Shown piece by piece: positions 37,007 through 46,359 of a DNA stretch of 64,000 nt. Under the pieces are notes generated by a model that saw only the letters and a program-made list of their open reading frames with translations, was not told where the DNA came from and did not search any database. The stretch is from a virus, in IMG/VR virus record IMGVR_UViG_3300010399_000036, positions 1 to 64,000 of that record. One strand, 5' to 3'. The position numbers and the translations under genes are program-made. Numbering within the stretch: position 1 is the first letter of the stretch; each line of letters starts with the position of its first letter.

Positions 37007-37552
37007 ATGACAGAACAATTGAAAGTGACCCCAATCGAAGAGATCGCAGAGAAGACAAAGGCGGTCGCTGAGGCAGAAGCTACAGATCCGGGCGAGTTGG
37101 TGGAACTTCCGAAGACTAAAATTGTGGTCCGTCTGAGACGCACGGACATCCAAGGCGATGCACTCACCGGCGGCTTGCCGCTGTCCTTAGTTGCCGCTGC
37201 GATGGGCGATCAATCTGAGACTGAGGAGATGACGCCCGAACTAATCAAAGAAGCAACGCGCGGCATGGTCTTCATGCGGCAGACGGTTGTTGAGAACTGT
37301 CTTGAGCCTCGCATTGGATTCGACCTGGCCGGCCGTGTTTCGTTTCTTAACAACTCGGGGCACGCAATCGCTCGTGTCCACAAGGAAGACTTTCAGTTCA
37401 TGTTCGCGTTCATCACGGGGCAGGAGGCTCGAGCCGCGCTGAATAAATTTCGTAACCGAAAAGAAAGACGAACTGCTGCTGCTGGCGCAAACAGCAAGAA
37501 GCGGCGGAGTTCGCACCAGTCTCCTCTTGAGCGAGTTATCGCCAAGCCTTAG
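37007..37552 (+). CDS. tail assembly chaperone (gpG-like)
   Basis: Position; AGGAG SD. Confidence 0.8.
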   Translation: MTEQLKVTPIEEIAEKTKAVAEAEATDPGELVELPKTKIVVRLRRTDIQGDALTGGLPLSLVAAAMGDQSETEEMTPELIKEATRGMVFMRQTVVENCLEPRIGFDLAGRVSFLNNSGHAIARVHKEDFQFMFAFITGQEARAALNKFRNRKERRTAAAGANSKKRRSSHQSPLERVIAKP

Positions 37553-37784
37553 TTCTAACCTAGTCAAGAACAAAGCGTTGGCGGTTGAGCTCGATCTGGC
37601 TTGTCAGTTCCTGCTGAACCGTCACGACATGGAGATCGAAAAGATGCGCTTGTCTATATGGGGAGACCCTAAGAACGCTGAACCAGAAACCCAGAATGGC
37701 GGTAAGCCAGCGACGAATCCGAAATTGGCCCATGCACAACAGCAAAAGCTGACCGCTAAAGAAATTATGAAGCGATATAAGTAA
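37443..37784 (+). CDS. gpT-like frameshift extension of the chaperone (+1 frame)
   Basis: Frame is open from 37443 and ends TAATG onto the tape measure start. Confidence 0.65.
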   Translation: MNFVTEKKDELLLLAQTARSGGVRTSLLLSELSPSLSSNLVKNKALAVELDLACQFLLNRHDMEIEKMRLSIWGDPKNAEPETQNGGKPATNPKLAHAQQQKLTAKEIMKRYK

Positions 37785-40700
37785 TGGCTGATCCGCTTAG
37801 ATTATTGTTCGAGCTTGATGCCGAGGGAGAACCGGCTGTCAAAGAGTTCAAACGCGTCCGCGCAGCCTTTGCCTCGGAGATTGAAAGCTTTAGGAAACTC
37901 ACCGCCTCGGCTGTGAAAACAAGCGTCGAAGGACCAGGCCAAAAAACCAGACCTAACGAGGGCGCCGCGCAAGCGGCAATCGCTACCAGCAAAACGATTA
38001 TCGATTCGCAACGCGAAGTTAATCGCCAAATCGAGGCGATGTGGGCCAATCGTGAGAAGGAACAAGCAGCGTCGTTAAAGCGACAGTCGGATCTATGGAC
38101 CAAGCATGAAGCCGCAAAGCTCGCTACTACTCGCCAAGCAGAGAAGCAAAGCGAGGCAGTTGTAGCAGCGTCGCAGGCAGCAAAGGACAAGGCCGCGAAA
38201 GCGTCCGCCGATAACTTTCTCAGGATTCAGAAACAGATCAACGCAGATGTCGCGAAAGCTAACGCTCAGGTTGCTGCCGATCAGATCCGCGCAGCACTTA
38301 CTGCCGCAAAGGGCACAGCCGACATCAGCGGCGTCGCATCGAAAGGAATTCGGGATCTCGCAGACAACGTCAACGTATTTATAGGCCAGCGCATTCCGTT
38401 ATTCGGAGGCGCCTTTCTTCGCGTCACTGATAACCTCAGAAACTTCAACGTTCAAACCGGCAATGTAGAGGCATCGACACTAAGGTTAGGCAGGGCAATA
38501 AATACGCTCGCGGTTGGAAGCGGCAAAAGCGCCGATGAGATCAAAAAGTTTCTGTCTGGCTTCAAGGATCTTGGAACGCAAACAGAAAAGGATGCTGCGG
38601 CCATTGAGTTCTTCGGAGCCGCCACGGCTCAGAAACTGCTCCCCGCGCTCGGTACGGCTGAAGCAGAAATGGCTGGGCTGACAGCGGCAACCGCAGAGGC
38701 CGGCGCCGGGTTGGGTGGTCTCATTGCCGCCACGGGGCCAGTCGGCTTCGCGGTCGCGGCGGTTGCGTTCCAGGTAGCCACGCTTGTCGTCGGAATCAAA
38801 CTGCTGTCCGACGTCGGTATAGACATTACTAAGCGGTTTTTTGATCTGGCGAAGTCGGCGGCAGGATTTCGTGGCGAGATGGTTGACCTAAGTCAGCAAT
38901 TAGGTATTTCAACCGAGACACTCAGCGCATTCGAGATATTCGCAAAAACCACTGGCGGCAACATTGGCAGTATCACCGCGGCGTTGGGAATCTTTCAACG
39001 AAAATTGGAAGAGGCGCAAGATCCTACAACTAAAGCCGGCCAAACCTTCTCCGAGTTGTCAGTTGATATTGGAGATACCGAAACCGCACTAAGACAAACT
39101 CTCACCGCTCTTGAGGCGATGCCAGAAGGGTTTCATCAGACCGCGACGGCGTTGGAGCTTTTTGGACGCGGAGGAAAGTCAATCCTTGCCGTTTTGAAAG
39201 AAATGGGCGGCAACCTCGACGCCGCAATCGAGCGCTTCCGCAAGATGGGGTTGATCATCTCGAGAGAGGACGCAGAAGCAGCCGACAAATTTAATGATCA
39301 ACTCACAATCTTGGAGCTGAAATTCCGGTCACTGTTGGGCCGCGACGTGATTCCCGCCGCCACCGAAGCCGTAGAAGAGTTCTCAAAATTCATTGATGAA
39401 AACCGCGAAGAGATCCGCCTACTCAATGAGATTCTCGGCACACTCGCGGGCGCTGTTGGTAGCTTATTCAAGGTGCTGCTGAACGAATTTCGATTCTTTC
39501 AGCCTGGCTTAGAATTCCACATTGACCTGTGGCACAAACTCGCCGACGCCATGAAGGCCGTCGCTAATGTCACTCCTGTACTGCCAGCGCCTACAATTCC
39601 CGAAACATTTACCGGACTAACACCTACTCCTTTGCCGGGTACTTCAGACTTAGCCAAGGCAAAAGAAGAAGCGCGATTAATACGCGCAGAAATCGATGAA
39701 GCGGTCAGGTTTGCGAACGAACAGGTTGACGCCATCGATCGCCAGTTAAAAGCCCGTGAAATAGCTCCCGCCGCAGCACTTGAGGCCGTTATAGCCACGG
39801 AGAAGGAAAAGACGCGCCTCGTAGTCGAGGGTTTAAGGAAACAAGCTGAAGCGCTCGATAAAGAGTTTGCGCTCGAGGCAGAGAAACGAGCAAAGCAGCT
39901 TCCTGTTGATGAAGAGGCCCAACGAAAGCGATTTGAGGGTGTGCAGGAGATCAATAACAAGATCCGCACGGCTGAAGATGCCTTTAGAAAACTGGAGGCA
40001 GATAAACGAACTGAGTTCCAGGCGCAAGAGTTACAACGTGAGCAAGCGCATCGCCGGGCGCAATTGGAAATCTTCAATAGCGCCCTAACTGATCAAATCG
40101 CCTCACTTAACCGATCAGCGCAGTTAGGTCGGATACCGAAGTTGGCGGCTGTTGATGCGACTATCGGAATTATCGAACAGCAATTCAAAGCGCGTCGGGA
40201 ACTACTGGAACGCGAACAAAGAGAAGCTGGCGCAGATGTCCCGTTGCGCCAGCGCATTGCTGATCAACTGAAGGATCTGGAGCAGCAGAAAACTATCGTT
40301 CTAAGAGAACAGAGCAATCGACGGGAAGACATTCTCCGGGAAGAGGCTCAAAACTCAATTGACATTCAATTGGCAACAGCAGACCGCATTTTGCGAATCG
40401 GGCAGATAGTTGACTCCTCACGCATAGCGTCGCTCAGGTTTTTCGCCGATCAGAGGATAAAATCTGAGGAGTCAGTGGCCCGCGCAATTCTTAAGATCCA
40501 ACTTGATGCACTTGAGCGAGAGGACGACGCAATAAGAGCGCGACTCACAGCGGCCACAACTGTTACTGACCCGCAGCAAAGAGCGAAGACAGAGGCCGAT
40601 CTTAATAACCAGTTAAAGATCAGTCAGGCTGAGCGAGAAGCGATTCAAAACGAAGGTAATCGCAGGATCGATGAGGCGAGACAAAAAGATCTTTCGAATG

Positions 40701-41971
40701 TTCGCAAGTATGCAGATGAACTGAAACGGATCGGAGAGCAAATAGCGGGCATAGAGCGGGATATTGCTGAAGAAGTCATCGAGTTGATGCGGCTGCACTT
40801 CGCACGCGGCAAAGACATCATCCGAGCACAGCGCGATCTCGAGCTAGCTGATGAAGCCGCGCGACATCAAAGAGTTACTGACTCGATTAAGGCCCAACAA
40901 TCAGAAGTAGATGAACAGATTCGGATTCTTGAGCAGCATCTGAAGGCTTTACGGATTGGAACTGACATAGAAATTGCTGAATTCGAAAGGCTAAAAGCAG
41001 CGCTCGAATCGCTGAAACAAAAACGAGCACAGTTGAACGCGCAACAAGAGGCTGAAGATAAAAAAACCAAAACTAAGACTGAGGTAATAACAACTGGCGC
41101 CGATGCTGACTTGGAACGTGAAGATCCCTCGAGTGGACGTAGTTTGTTCGGCGATGTATTTGCCAGCACCGTAAAGGATACCGGCTCTACCTTGGCCGGC
41201 TTTTCTGCTATGGCTGGCAGTATTTTTGACAACCTTAGCAAGCAAGCGGGTAACTTCGGAACGATACTCACAAGTGTCTTCTCTCAGTTAGGTGATGCTG
41301 TAGGAACAGTCGTTGAGAATTTCGTTAAGTTTGGAACAGCTGGAATTAGTTTTAAAAAGTTTGCCGTCGAAGTGATAGCGTCCGTTGCCAAGATGGCGCT
41401 TGTCAAATCATTTTTTGAAATTGCAGAAGCCGCTGCTATGTATGCGCTCTTTTGGTTTACTGGCAACCCAAAATTTGCTAAGTCAGCCACTGAGCATTTA
41501 ATAGCGGCGGCGGCGTACGCGCTAGTCGGTGGTGCCGCCGCTGGGATTGGAAGAGTTGCCGCCGGCCGATCTTTCCGCGATAACCAAGGAACGGCCGCTG
41601 CGGCGGTGAGTGGCGGCCAAGCGGACCCTCGCAATAGAGAGTTTCAGAATACAGGAGCAGTGGTCGAGTCTTCAAGCTCTGCGGTGCGTGAAGGATCGAG
41701 CGGCGGAATCCTCGGGCGTGTCTTCGAGGAAATAAACCAAGTTCGGCGGGAGGTGGCGGAGCGAGATGGTCAGAGAGAACGCATACTCGTCGCCGCCTTG
41801 GAGCGCAATACGCAAACCTTCTCGCAGTTCGGAGTAGAGGGTCACGGCGTTGTCGTTAAAAAGGGCGCAGGCGAAGCGTCGGCAGAAATTGCGGGCGCGG
41901 TTGTGACGCATTCAAATTCGAGCGGAGACTTCAACGAGACATTGCAAAGGAACCTGGGATTTGCTCGTTAG
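37784..41971 (+). CDS. tape measure protein
   Basis: 1395 aa, Ala-rich and helical; LSQQLGIS.E.LS and ALELFGRGG motifs. Confidence 0.93.
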   Translation: MADPLRLLFELDAEGEPAVKEFKRVRAAFASEIESFRKLTASAVKTSVEGPGQKTRPNEGAAQAAIATSKTIIDSQREVNRQIEAMWANREKEQAASLKRQSDLWTKHEAAKLATTRQAEKQSEAVVAASQAAKDKAAKASADNFLRIQKQINADVAKANAQVAADQIRAALTAAKGTADISGVASKGIRDLADNVNVFIGQRIPLFGGAFLRVTDNLRNFNVQTGNVEASTLRLGRAINTLAVGSGKSADEIKKFLSGFKDLGTQTEKDAAAIEFFGAATAQKLLPALGTAEAEMAGLTAATAEAGAGLGGLIAATGPVGFAVAAVAFQVATLVVGIKLLSDVGIDITKRFFDLAKSAAGFRGEMVDLSQQLGISTETLSAFEIFAKTTGGNIGSITAALGIFQRKLEEAQDPTTKAGQTFSELSVDIGDTETALRQTLTALEAMPEGFHQTATALELFGRGGKSILAVLKEMGGNLDAAIERFRKMGLIISREDAEAADKFNDQLTILELKFRSLLGRDVIPAATEAVEEFSKFIDENREEIRLLNEILGTLAGAVGSLFKVLLNEFRFFQPGLEFHIDLWHKLADAMKAVANVTPVLPAPTIPETFTGLTPTPLPGTSDLAKAKEEARLIRAEIDEAVRFANEQVDAIDRQLKAREIAPAAALEAVIATEKEKTRLVVEGLRKQAEALDKEFALEAEKRAKQLPVDEEAQRKRFEGVQEINNKIRTAEDAFRKLEADKRTEFQAQELQREQAHRRAQLEIFNSALTDQIASLNRSAQLGRIPKLAAVDATIGIIEQQFKARRELLEREQREAGADVPLRQRIADQLKDLEQQKTIVLREQSNRREDILREEAQNSIDIQLATADRILRIGQIVDSSRIASLRFFADQRIKSEESVARAILKIQLDALEREDDAIRARLTAATTVTDPQQRAKTEADLNNQLKISQAEREAIQNEGNRRIDEARQKDLSNVRKYADELKRIGEQIAGIERDIAEEVIELMRLHFARGKDIIRAQRDLELADEAARHQRVTDSIKAQQSEVDEQIRILEQHLKALRIGTDIEIAEFERLKAALESLKQKRAQLNAQQEAEDKKTKTKTEVITTGADADLEREDPSSGRSLFGDVFASTVKDTGSTLAGFSAMAGSIFDNLSKQAGNFGTILTSVFSQLGDAVGTVVENFVKFGTAGISFKKFAVEVIASVAKMALVKSFFEIAEAAAMYALFWFTGNPKFAKSATEHLIAAAAYALVGGAAAGIGRVAAGRSFRDNQGTAAAAVSGGQADPRNREFQNTGAVVESSSSAVREGSSGGILGRVFEEINQVRREVAERDGQRERILVAALERNTQTFSQFGVEGHGVVVKKGAGEASAEIAGAVVTHSNSSGDFNETLQRNLGFAR

Positions 41972-42189
41972 GGCTTCTCCCGCTTGAAATAAAAGCCGGT
42001 GAGATTGCTCGTACTGGCTTCCGGAGATGCGCCGACTAGCTCCCAACCTTCCGCGCCGAGTTGATTTAACTTTTTCTCGCTCGCGTTGTACTCAATCTTA
42101 TATTCCCACTTCTGAATCGAACGGACTTGAAAGCCCGTACTGACTACAGAAACGAGCAGTAACGCGGCGATTAGGATTTTCTTTTTCAT
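41968..42189 (-). CDS. DUF4177-like exported protein
   Basis: Signal peptide; KWEYKI...LNQLGAEGWELV...FKR. Confidence 0.75.
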   Translation of the reverse strand: MKKKILIAALLLVSVVSTGFQVRSIQKWEYKIEYNASEKKLNQLGAEGWELVGASPEASTSNLTGFYFKREKP

Positions 42190-42192
42190 AAT

Positions 42193-42636
42193 CTAATTCC
42201 CCACTCGATTAAGATCGCAATCTTTAAGAAGCACGTTTCCAAACTTTCCATCACACCGACAGGTAATGACAACCGATCGTCCTTTTTGCAGACTCGACAA
42301 ATATGATTCCGCCGAGTTGTCGAAATAACACTGGACGTGTGTTATTCCGAACTCCTGGCCACTGTCTAAGGTGACATACATCGTATCGAGAATATCTTTG
42401 CCAATAGATTCGACAATTCCTGAGACTTGGACCATCTTACCTTTATATTTACGATCAGCCGCAATTTCATTGGCCTCATACTCAGCAACTAACATTGGCG
42501 CACTTATGGGAATCGCAGATTCGTTTGTGGGAGTTGGTGGCTTAACGGATCTGCCTCCGCCACAACAGAACAAAGCTAAGGTGAGCCAAAGCCCAATAAC
42601 CATGAAGAGAGAGATGATCGATGAAGACATGATCAA
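42193..42636 (-). CDS. OB-fold lipoprotein (tRNA_anti-like)
   Basis: LALFC lipobox; EYEANEIAADRKYKGK.VQVSG.V..I. Confidence 0.8.
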   Translation of the reverse strand: MIMSSSIISLFMVIGLWLTLALFCCGGGRSVKPPTPTNESAIPISAPMLVAEYEANEIAADRKYKGKMVQVSGIVESIGKDILDTMYVTLDSGQEFGITHVQCYFDNSAESYLSSLQKGRSVVITCRCDGKFGNVLLKDCDLNRVGN

Positions 42637-42842
42637 ACTGGTGGGATAGACGGCACTTGAACGCCGCTTGTTAAAAACAGAAATGCAAAGATAGCGGCAA
42701 TAATAAACCCCGAGGCAAGAGATATTACGCCAACGATAATCGCGGAGGAGCGGGCTTCGGGGTTGGAATGGGCTATTTGAAAGATCTCGATACCTTTAAA
42801 GGCGAGATAAACGCAAAGCAAAAGTCCGATGAGAGGAATCAT
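42633..42842 (-). CDS. two-TM small membrane protein
   Basis: Two hydrophobic segments. Confidence 0.65.
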   Translation of the reverse strand: MIPLIGLLLCVYLAFKGIEIFQIAHSNPEARSSAIIVGVISLASGFIIAAIFAFLFLTSGVQVPSIPPV

Positions 42843-43061
42843 GGCATCTTATTTGGAGGCAATGAACGTGCCGTGCAAGGTACTAAGGAAATGTCATCGA
42901 TTCTGAAATATAAAGACTGGATGACTGTGCGCTGGCGAGCAGTTGAGGCAAAATGAAGCGGCCACCCGAAAGAGTAGCCGTCCACATTGCGCGTGATTGT
43001 TTGCCGAATGCGACCGCCCCTCGGCAGCTATACAGGGTGTTCGGATTTGATCTTTCTGACC

Positions 43062-43385
43062 TTAATCTCCTTCACTTGGCATCACCTCCTTTCCGTTTGG
43101 CGCAGCCTTAAACCCGAAAGCCTCACACACGGCCTCCATCTTTGTCTCGAAGTCATGATCCCGACCCTCTCGGCGCGTTGACCAACGATAGCGAAAAAGA
43201 GGATGCGCTTCCACCCTCTCGACTAATCGGCGTTTGTAAAGATCCAACATGATCAGACGAATGGTAGTTGGCGCGACACCTGACACCATTTCGTACAAAT
43301 CGGGGTTTGTTACCCAACGTCCATTTGTTCCCTTTACAGCAAGATAGACCTTCGCATGATGCACAGAAATCTCTTTACCTGTCAT
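43062..43385 (-). CDS. winged-helix protein
   Basis: WVTNPDL...GVAPTTIRL...L...LVER; GAGGTG SD. Confidence 0.65.
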   Translation of the reverse strand: MTGKEISVHHAKVYLAVKGTNGRWVTNPDLYEMVSGVAPTTIRLIMLDLYKRRLVERVEAHPLFRYRWSTRREGRDHDFETKMEAVCEAFGFKAAPNGKEVMPSEGD

Positions 43386-43486
43386 ATATCACCTCGATAG
43401 CTTAACGTATCTCATCGTGTCACTGATGGGAGGACGCTCTCCCTTCTCGAAATGCTGGTTTCAAGTGGTTAAGCCTTGGGATACGC

Positions 43487-43753
43487 TTACTGACCGGCTT
43501 TGCTGCTGGATTGCTCCAGTTCGAGAATTAGGACCAGGACGCGGCGTCTATCAGACAGATCCACTACTGTCTCGTTGCCTGGGAAAGACCTCATAAAGAG
43601 TAGAAAGCCGTTTGACGCACTTGCAGCTTGCCGCACACACGAAGCCTTTGATTTTAAGATTGCGGGAGTTCTAAGGCTGGAGAAACCCATAAGAAAAATT
43701 GCGGCGCAGCCGATGTTGTGAATTGGGAAGCTGTGGAACGGTAGGTTCATCAC
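43487..43753 (-). CDS. Ash-like ORF overlapping antisense target motifs
   Basis: GFSSL...GFLLFM pattern resembles Ash/C4 regions. Confidence 0.35.
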   Translation of the reverse strand: MMNLPFHSFPIHNIGCAAIFLMGFSSLRTPAILKSKASCVRQAASASNGFLLFMRSFPGNETVVDLSDRRRVLVLILELEQSSSKAGQ

Positions 43754-43827
43754 TTCTCAACTCGCTTCGAACAAAACTAGATTACATAAAAAGCCGCATT
43801 TATTTTTTGCGGCGTGGTACAATGCGT

Positions 43828-43916
43828 TCAATCGCTTCGCTAGCTGCTAGTCAACTCGATTCGAACGCACGGCGCCCCGGCAAGTTTGGAGAAACCCACC
43901 GGGGCGTTGGTGTCTT
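43828..43916 (+). ncRNA. putative antisense sRNA
   Basis: Extended -10 TGGTACAAT (43815-23); hairpin 43873-43906 with TGGAGAAACCCA in the loop. Confidence 0.45.
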
Positions 43917-44081
43917 GGCTGTCTCACCGATTCATTACCAGATCATCAAGAGCGAGCCGAAGCTCGCCAAAAAATTGAGCGATCGCGTTCTCGAGATCGG
44001 CGCCGGCTTTAAGCCGTTTGTACAGACGCACCTTGCAATCCCGGATCGCGTCTCCGATTCGGTTGTGTAAGTGAGGCTCGC

Positions 44082-44393
44082 TCATGCGGACCTCCGTTTC
44101 TGGACGCGGCCGGGATTGATCTCGTTTAGATAATCCTCAAGTGCTGTCTCGAAGCGTGGCGAGTGCGCGAAGGCGAGTTTTTGAACAGTCCATGTAGCGC
44201 CATCGCGATCAACGCGGTCAATGTTTTCGTTCGTGAGAATGTCGACCAAAAACATAAGACTTCTTACAGTCTCATCGTTGTATTGCCCGAGAATCTCACT
44301 AACACAATCTTTGATTGTTTGATCCATTTCTCGCCAAGTCTGCTGGTCACTAGCGAGTCTGAGTGTGGTTGGTTTAGAATTAACAGAAGGCAT
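44082..44393 (-). CDS. hypothetical protein, first gene of the leftward cassette
   Basis: AAAGGAG SD; downstream of a strong promoter. Confidence 0.7.
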   Translation of the reverse strand: MPSVNSKPTTLRLASDQQTWREMDQTIKDCVSEILGQYNDETVRSLMFLVDILTNENIDRVDRDGATWTVQKLAFAHSPRFETALEDYLNEINPGRVQKRRSA

Positions 44394-44485
44394 CGCTTAT
44401 CTCCTTTAACCGGGACTAAGTTGATGTTTAAGGCTCGTCCGATGGCGGAACCCATTTGGCGAGCCGCTTCTTCGTAATAGAATAA

Positions 44486-44568
44486 ATCATAAGCGTAGGA
44501 CTTACGATTTGTCAAGCCCTTCCGTGTTGGTTATAAACCTTGATTATAAGCCTGAGGGTTAGTACTAT
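44486..44568. promoter_or_regulatory. divergent promoters with two 15-bp operators
   Basis: Leftward TTGACA-18-TATGAT and rightward TTGATT-17-TACTAT; TAAGCGTAGGACTTA and TAAGCCTGAGGGTTA overlap the spacers. Confidence 0.7.
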
Positions 44569-44574
44569 TCGCGG

Positions 44575-44859
44575 TTGGTGAGAGGCAAAGTTAAAGCGTT
44601 AAAGGAGCGTCGAGAGGCACTGGGCCTCGCTCAGCCGGAGATGGCTGAACGGCTTGGCGTTCATCCAATGACGTTATCAAAGTGGGAGCGTGGTGTCTTA
44701 TCAGTCCCTCCGTACGTACTTCTTGCCGTAGAAGCTCTTGAATATCGGCAAGCTAATGGAATAGATGCGCGGCCCGAACACATGCCCAAGCCAGGGCGAC
44801 CCAAGAAGGTTGCGACGAAGAAGAAAAGTAACCGGAGGTTGCGGCATGACGTTTCATGA
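44575..44859 (+). CDS. XRE/Cro-type HTH repressor
   Basis: LKERREALGLAQPEMAERLGVHPMTLSKWERG. Confidence 0.88.
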   Translation: MVRGKVKALKERREALGLAQPEMAERLGVHPMTLSKWERGVLSVPPYVLLAVEALEYRQANGIDARPEHMPKPGRPKKVATKKKSNRRLRHDVS

Positions 44860-45103
44860 AGCCGTGCTATGGTGCGCCAAGCATTCAGCCGTCATCAGGT
44901 TTACTTGGAATGAAAGTGGATCGTATGGGAAATTCACGCTTACACTGCCGAGCGGCGAGTGTTGGAGCGGCACCTACCACCCAAATAGCTTTGATTCCAT
45001 GTTTCCATACCAAGTCGAATGTTTTGTCGCCTATCTCGCAAAGGGAAGCTCCCTGGAAGTCTCGCTAAAATACATCGATCGCGCCCGCCGATTAGAAATG
45101 TAA
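44846..45103 (+). CDS. hypothetical protein
   Basis: GGAGGT SD; ATG at 44846. Confidence 0.6.
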   Translation: MTFHEAVLWCAKHSAVIRFTWNESGSYGKFTLTLPSGECWSGTYHPNSFDSMFPYQVECFVAYLAKGSSLEVSLKYIDRARRLEM

Positions 45104-45115
45104 CTCAAGCGGGTT

Positions 45116-45124
45116 TGCTATAAT
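45116..45124 (+). promoter_or_regulatory. extended -10 promoter upstream of the tail-tip genes
   Basis: TGCTATAAT. Confidence 0.5.
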
Positions 45125-45209
45125 CCGCTCCGTTCGAACAACAGGTGCCGTCGGCGAGTCTCACAAAAGACTTTTGCTGGCGGCATTTTTTCTTTTTAGA
45201 GAACAACTA

Positions 45210-45659
45210 ATGTCCTTACCTACTGATGACTTCGAGACCCTGCTTTATAGAGGTCACTTCCACGTAACAGAAGAACTTGATTACTCCGAAGCGATTCTGT
45301 CGGCAGGATACGGCGGCGGTTATCGTGTGGATGAGATCGTGTTTCCTGCTCTGCGCGCTTGTGCGCTGTCATATCCCACACTACACAAGGACGCACTGAT
45401 CGAAGTGGCTGAGGATGTCTTTGTCTCGCGCCACGATTATCTATGGGACTTCTACAAGGGGCGTAAAGACGCGGGCAATCAACCATTCCTAATGAAATCA
45501 GTTAAAGATGCTAAGTGGTTTTTATGGGTCTTCGCGGACAACAAACTCAGCTATCAGCTTTTGGATCTGTACATGGCGAGTTCGGGAGTGAAACTGCAAC
45601 AGGTAAACGTAAAAGGCGTAACCGCTGATAACGCAGATGGAAGCTTTGATGAGGAGTAA
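45210..45659 (+). CDS. distal tail (Dit-like) protein
   Basis: First tail gene after the tape measure; YLWDFY.GRK....PF. Confidence 0.6.
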   Translation: MSLPTDDFETLLYRGHFHVTEELDYSEAILSAGYGGGYRVDEIVFPALRACALSYPTLHKDALIEVAEDVFVSRHDYLWDFYKGRKDAGNQPFLMKSVKDAKWFLWVFADNKLSYQLLDLYMASSGVKLQQVNVKGVTADNADGSFDEE

Positions 45660-45663
45660 AACA

Positions 45664-45969
45664 ATGGAGCCAATAACGAATGAAACAGTCAAAACGCTAA
45701 TTGAAGAATCTGGCGAGATGTGGGAAGCGGTGCGAGATAGGGTAAATTCGCCCGTGTTGCTACAAGTTCCTAATCAGTGGGCAGGTTCTGTCTATGAGCT
45801 ATCACTTCCTGACAGAGAAAAGCATCCTTTCTGGCGCGTATCAGAGCGGGATTTGACGCCCGAAGAGGATGCGTCTTTGAGAGCATTCTTAAACCACGGC
45901 CCTTACATGGGAGATCTTACCTCAACGGATAGCGGTTCTTATTTTGCGTGTGCGTGCTTACGTATTTAA
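45664..45969 (+). CDS. hypothetical protein, paralogue of 34974-35330
   Basis: GAGGAG SD; shared motif. Confidence 0.6.
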   Translation: MEPITNETVKTLIEESGEMWEAVRDRVNSPVLLQVPNQWAGSVYELSLPDREKHPFWRVSERDLTPEEDASLRAFLNHGPYMGDLTSTDSGSYFACACLRI

Positions 45970-46040
45970 CGGCAGAAGAGAAGGCGGTTGGGACATCAGC
46001 GTTGATAGGGTGAATATAGAAATCATCAATTCCGAGCCGC

Positions 46041-46355
46041 TTAGTTCAGCGTCATAGCGGGGTAAATGATTTCGTCTTGACTTGTTAGGCTGCGAATAAC
46101 GAAATCCTTAGAGCACTGTGGACACGTCGCAGGGGATAGACCCCGTGAAAAGAAATAGTCAAACCATCCGCAAGTGCATCGACAGACTACGATGGAGATG
46201 TCTTCTACGATTACGCCATCAGGACTCAGGCATTTGGGACATCCAACTTCGGTACTGACCTTATCGCCAATGCGAGGTACTCCGTTGACAAGGATCGGAT
46301 CGGAAAGTGAATAGATCGTATCGCACGAGTCGCAGCAAATTTGAGGGGTGTTCAT
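46041..46355 (-). CDS. multi-Zn-ribbon moron protein
   Basis: CDSC, CPKC, CTC and CPQC. Confidence 0.6.
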   Translation of the reverse strand: MNTPQICCDSCDTIYSLSDPILVNGVPRIGDKVSTEVGCPKCLSPDGVIVEDISIVVCRCTCGWFDYFFSRGLSPATCPQCSKDFVIRSLTSQDEIIYPAMTLN

Positions 46356-46359
46356 AGAG

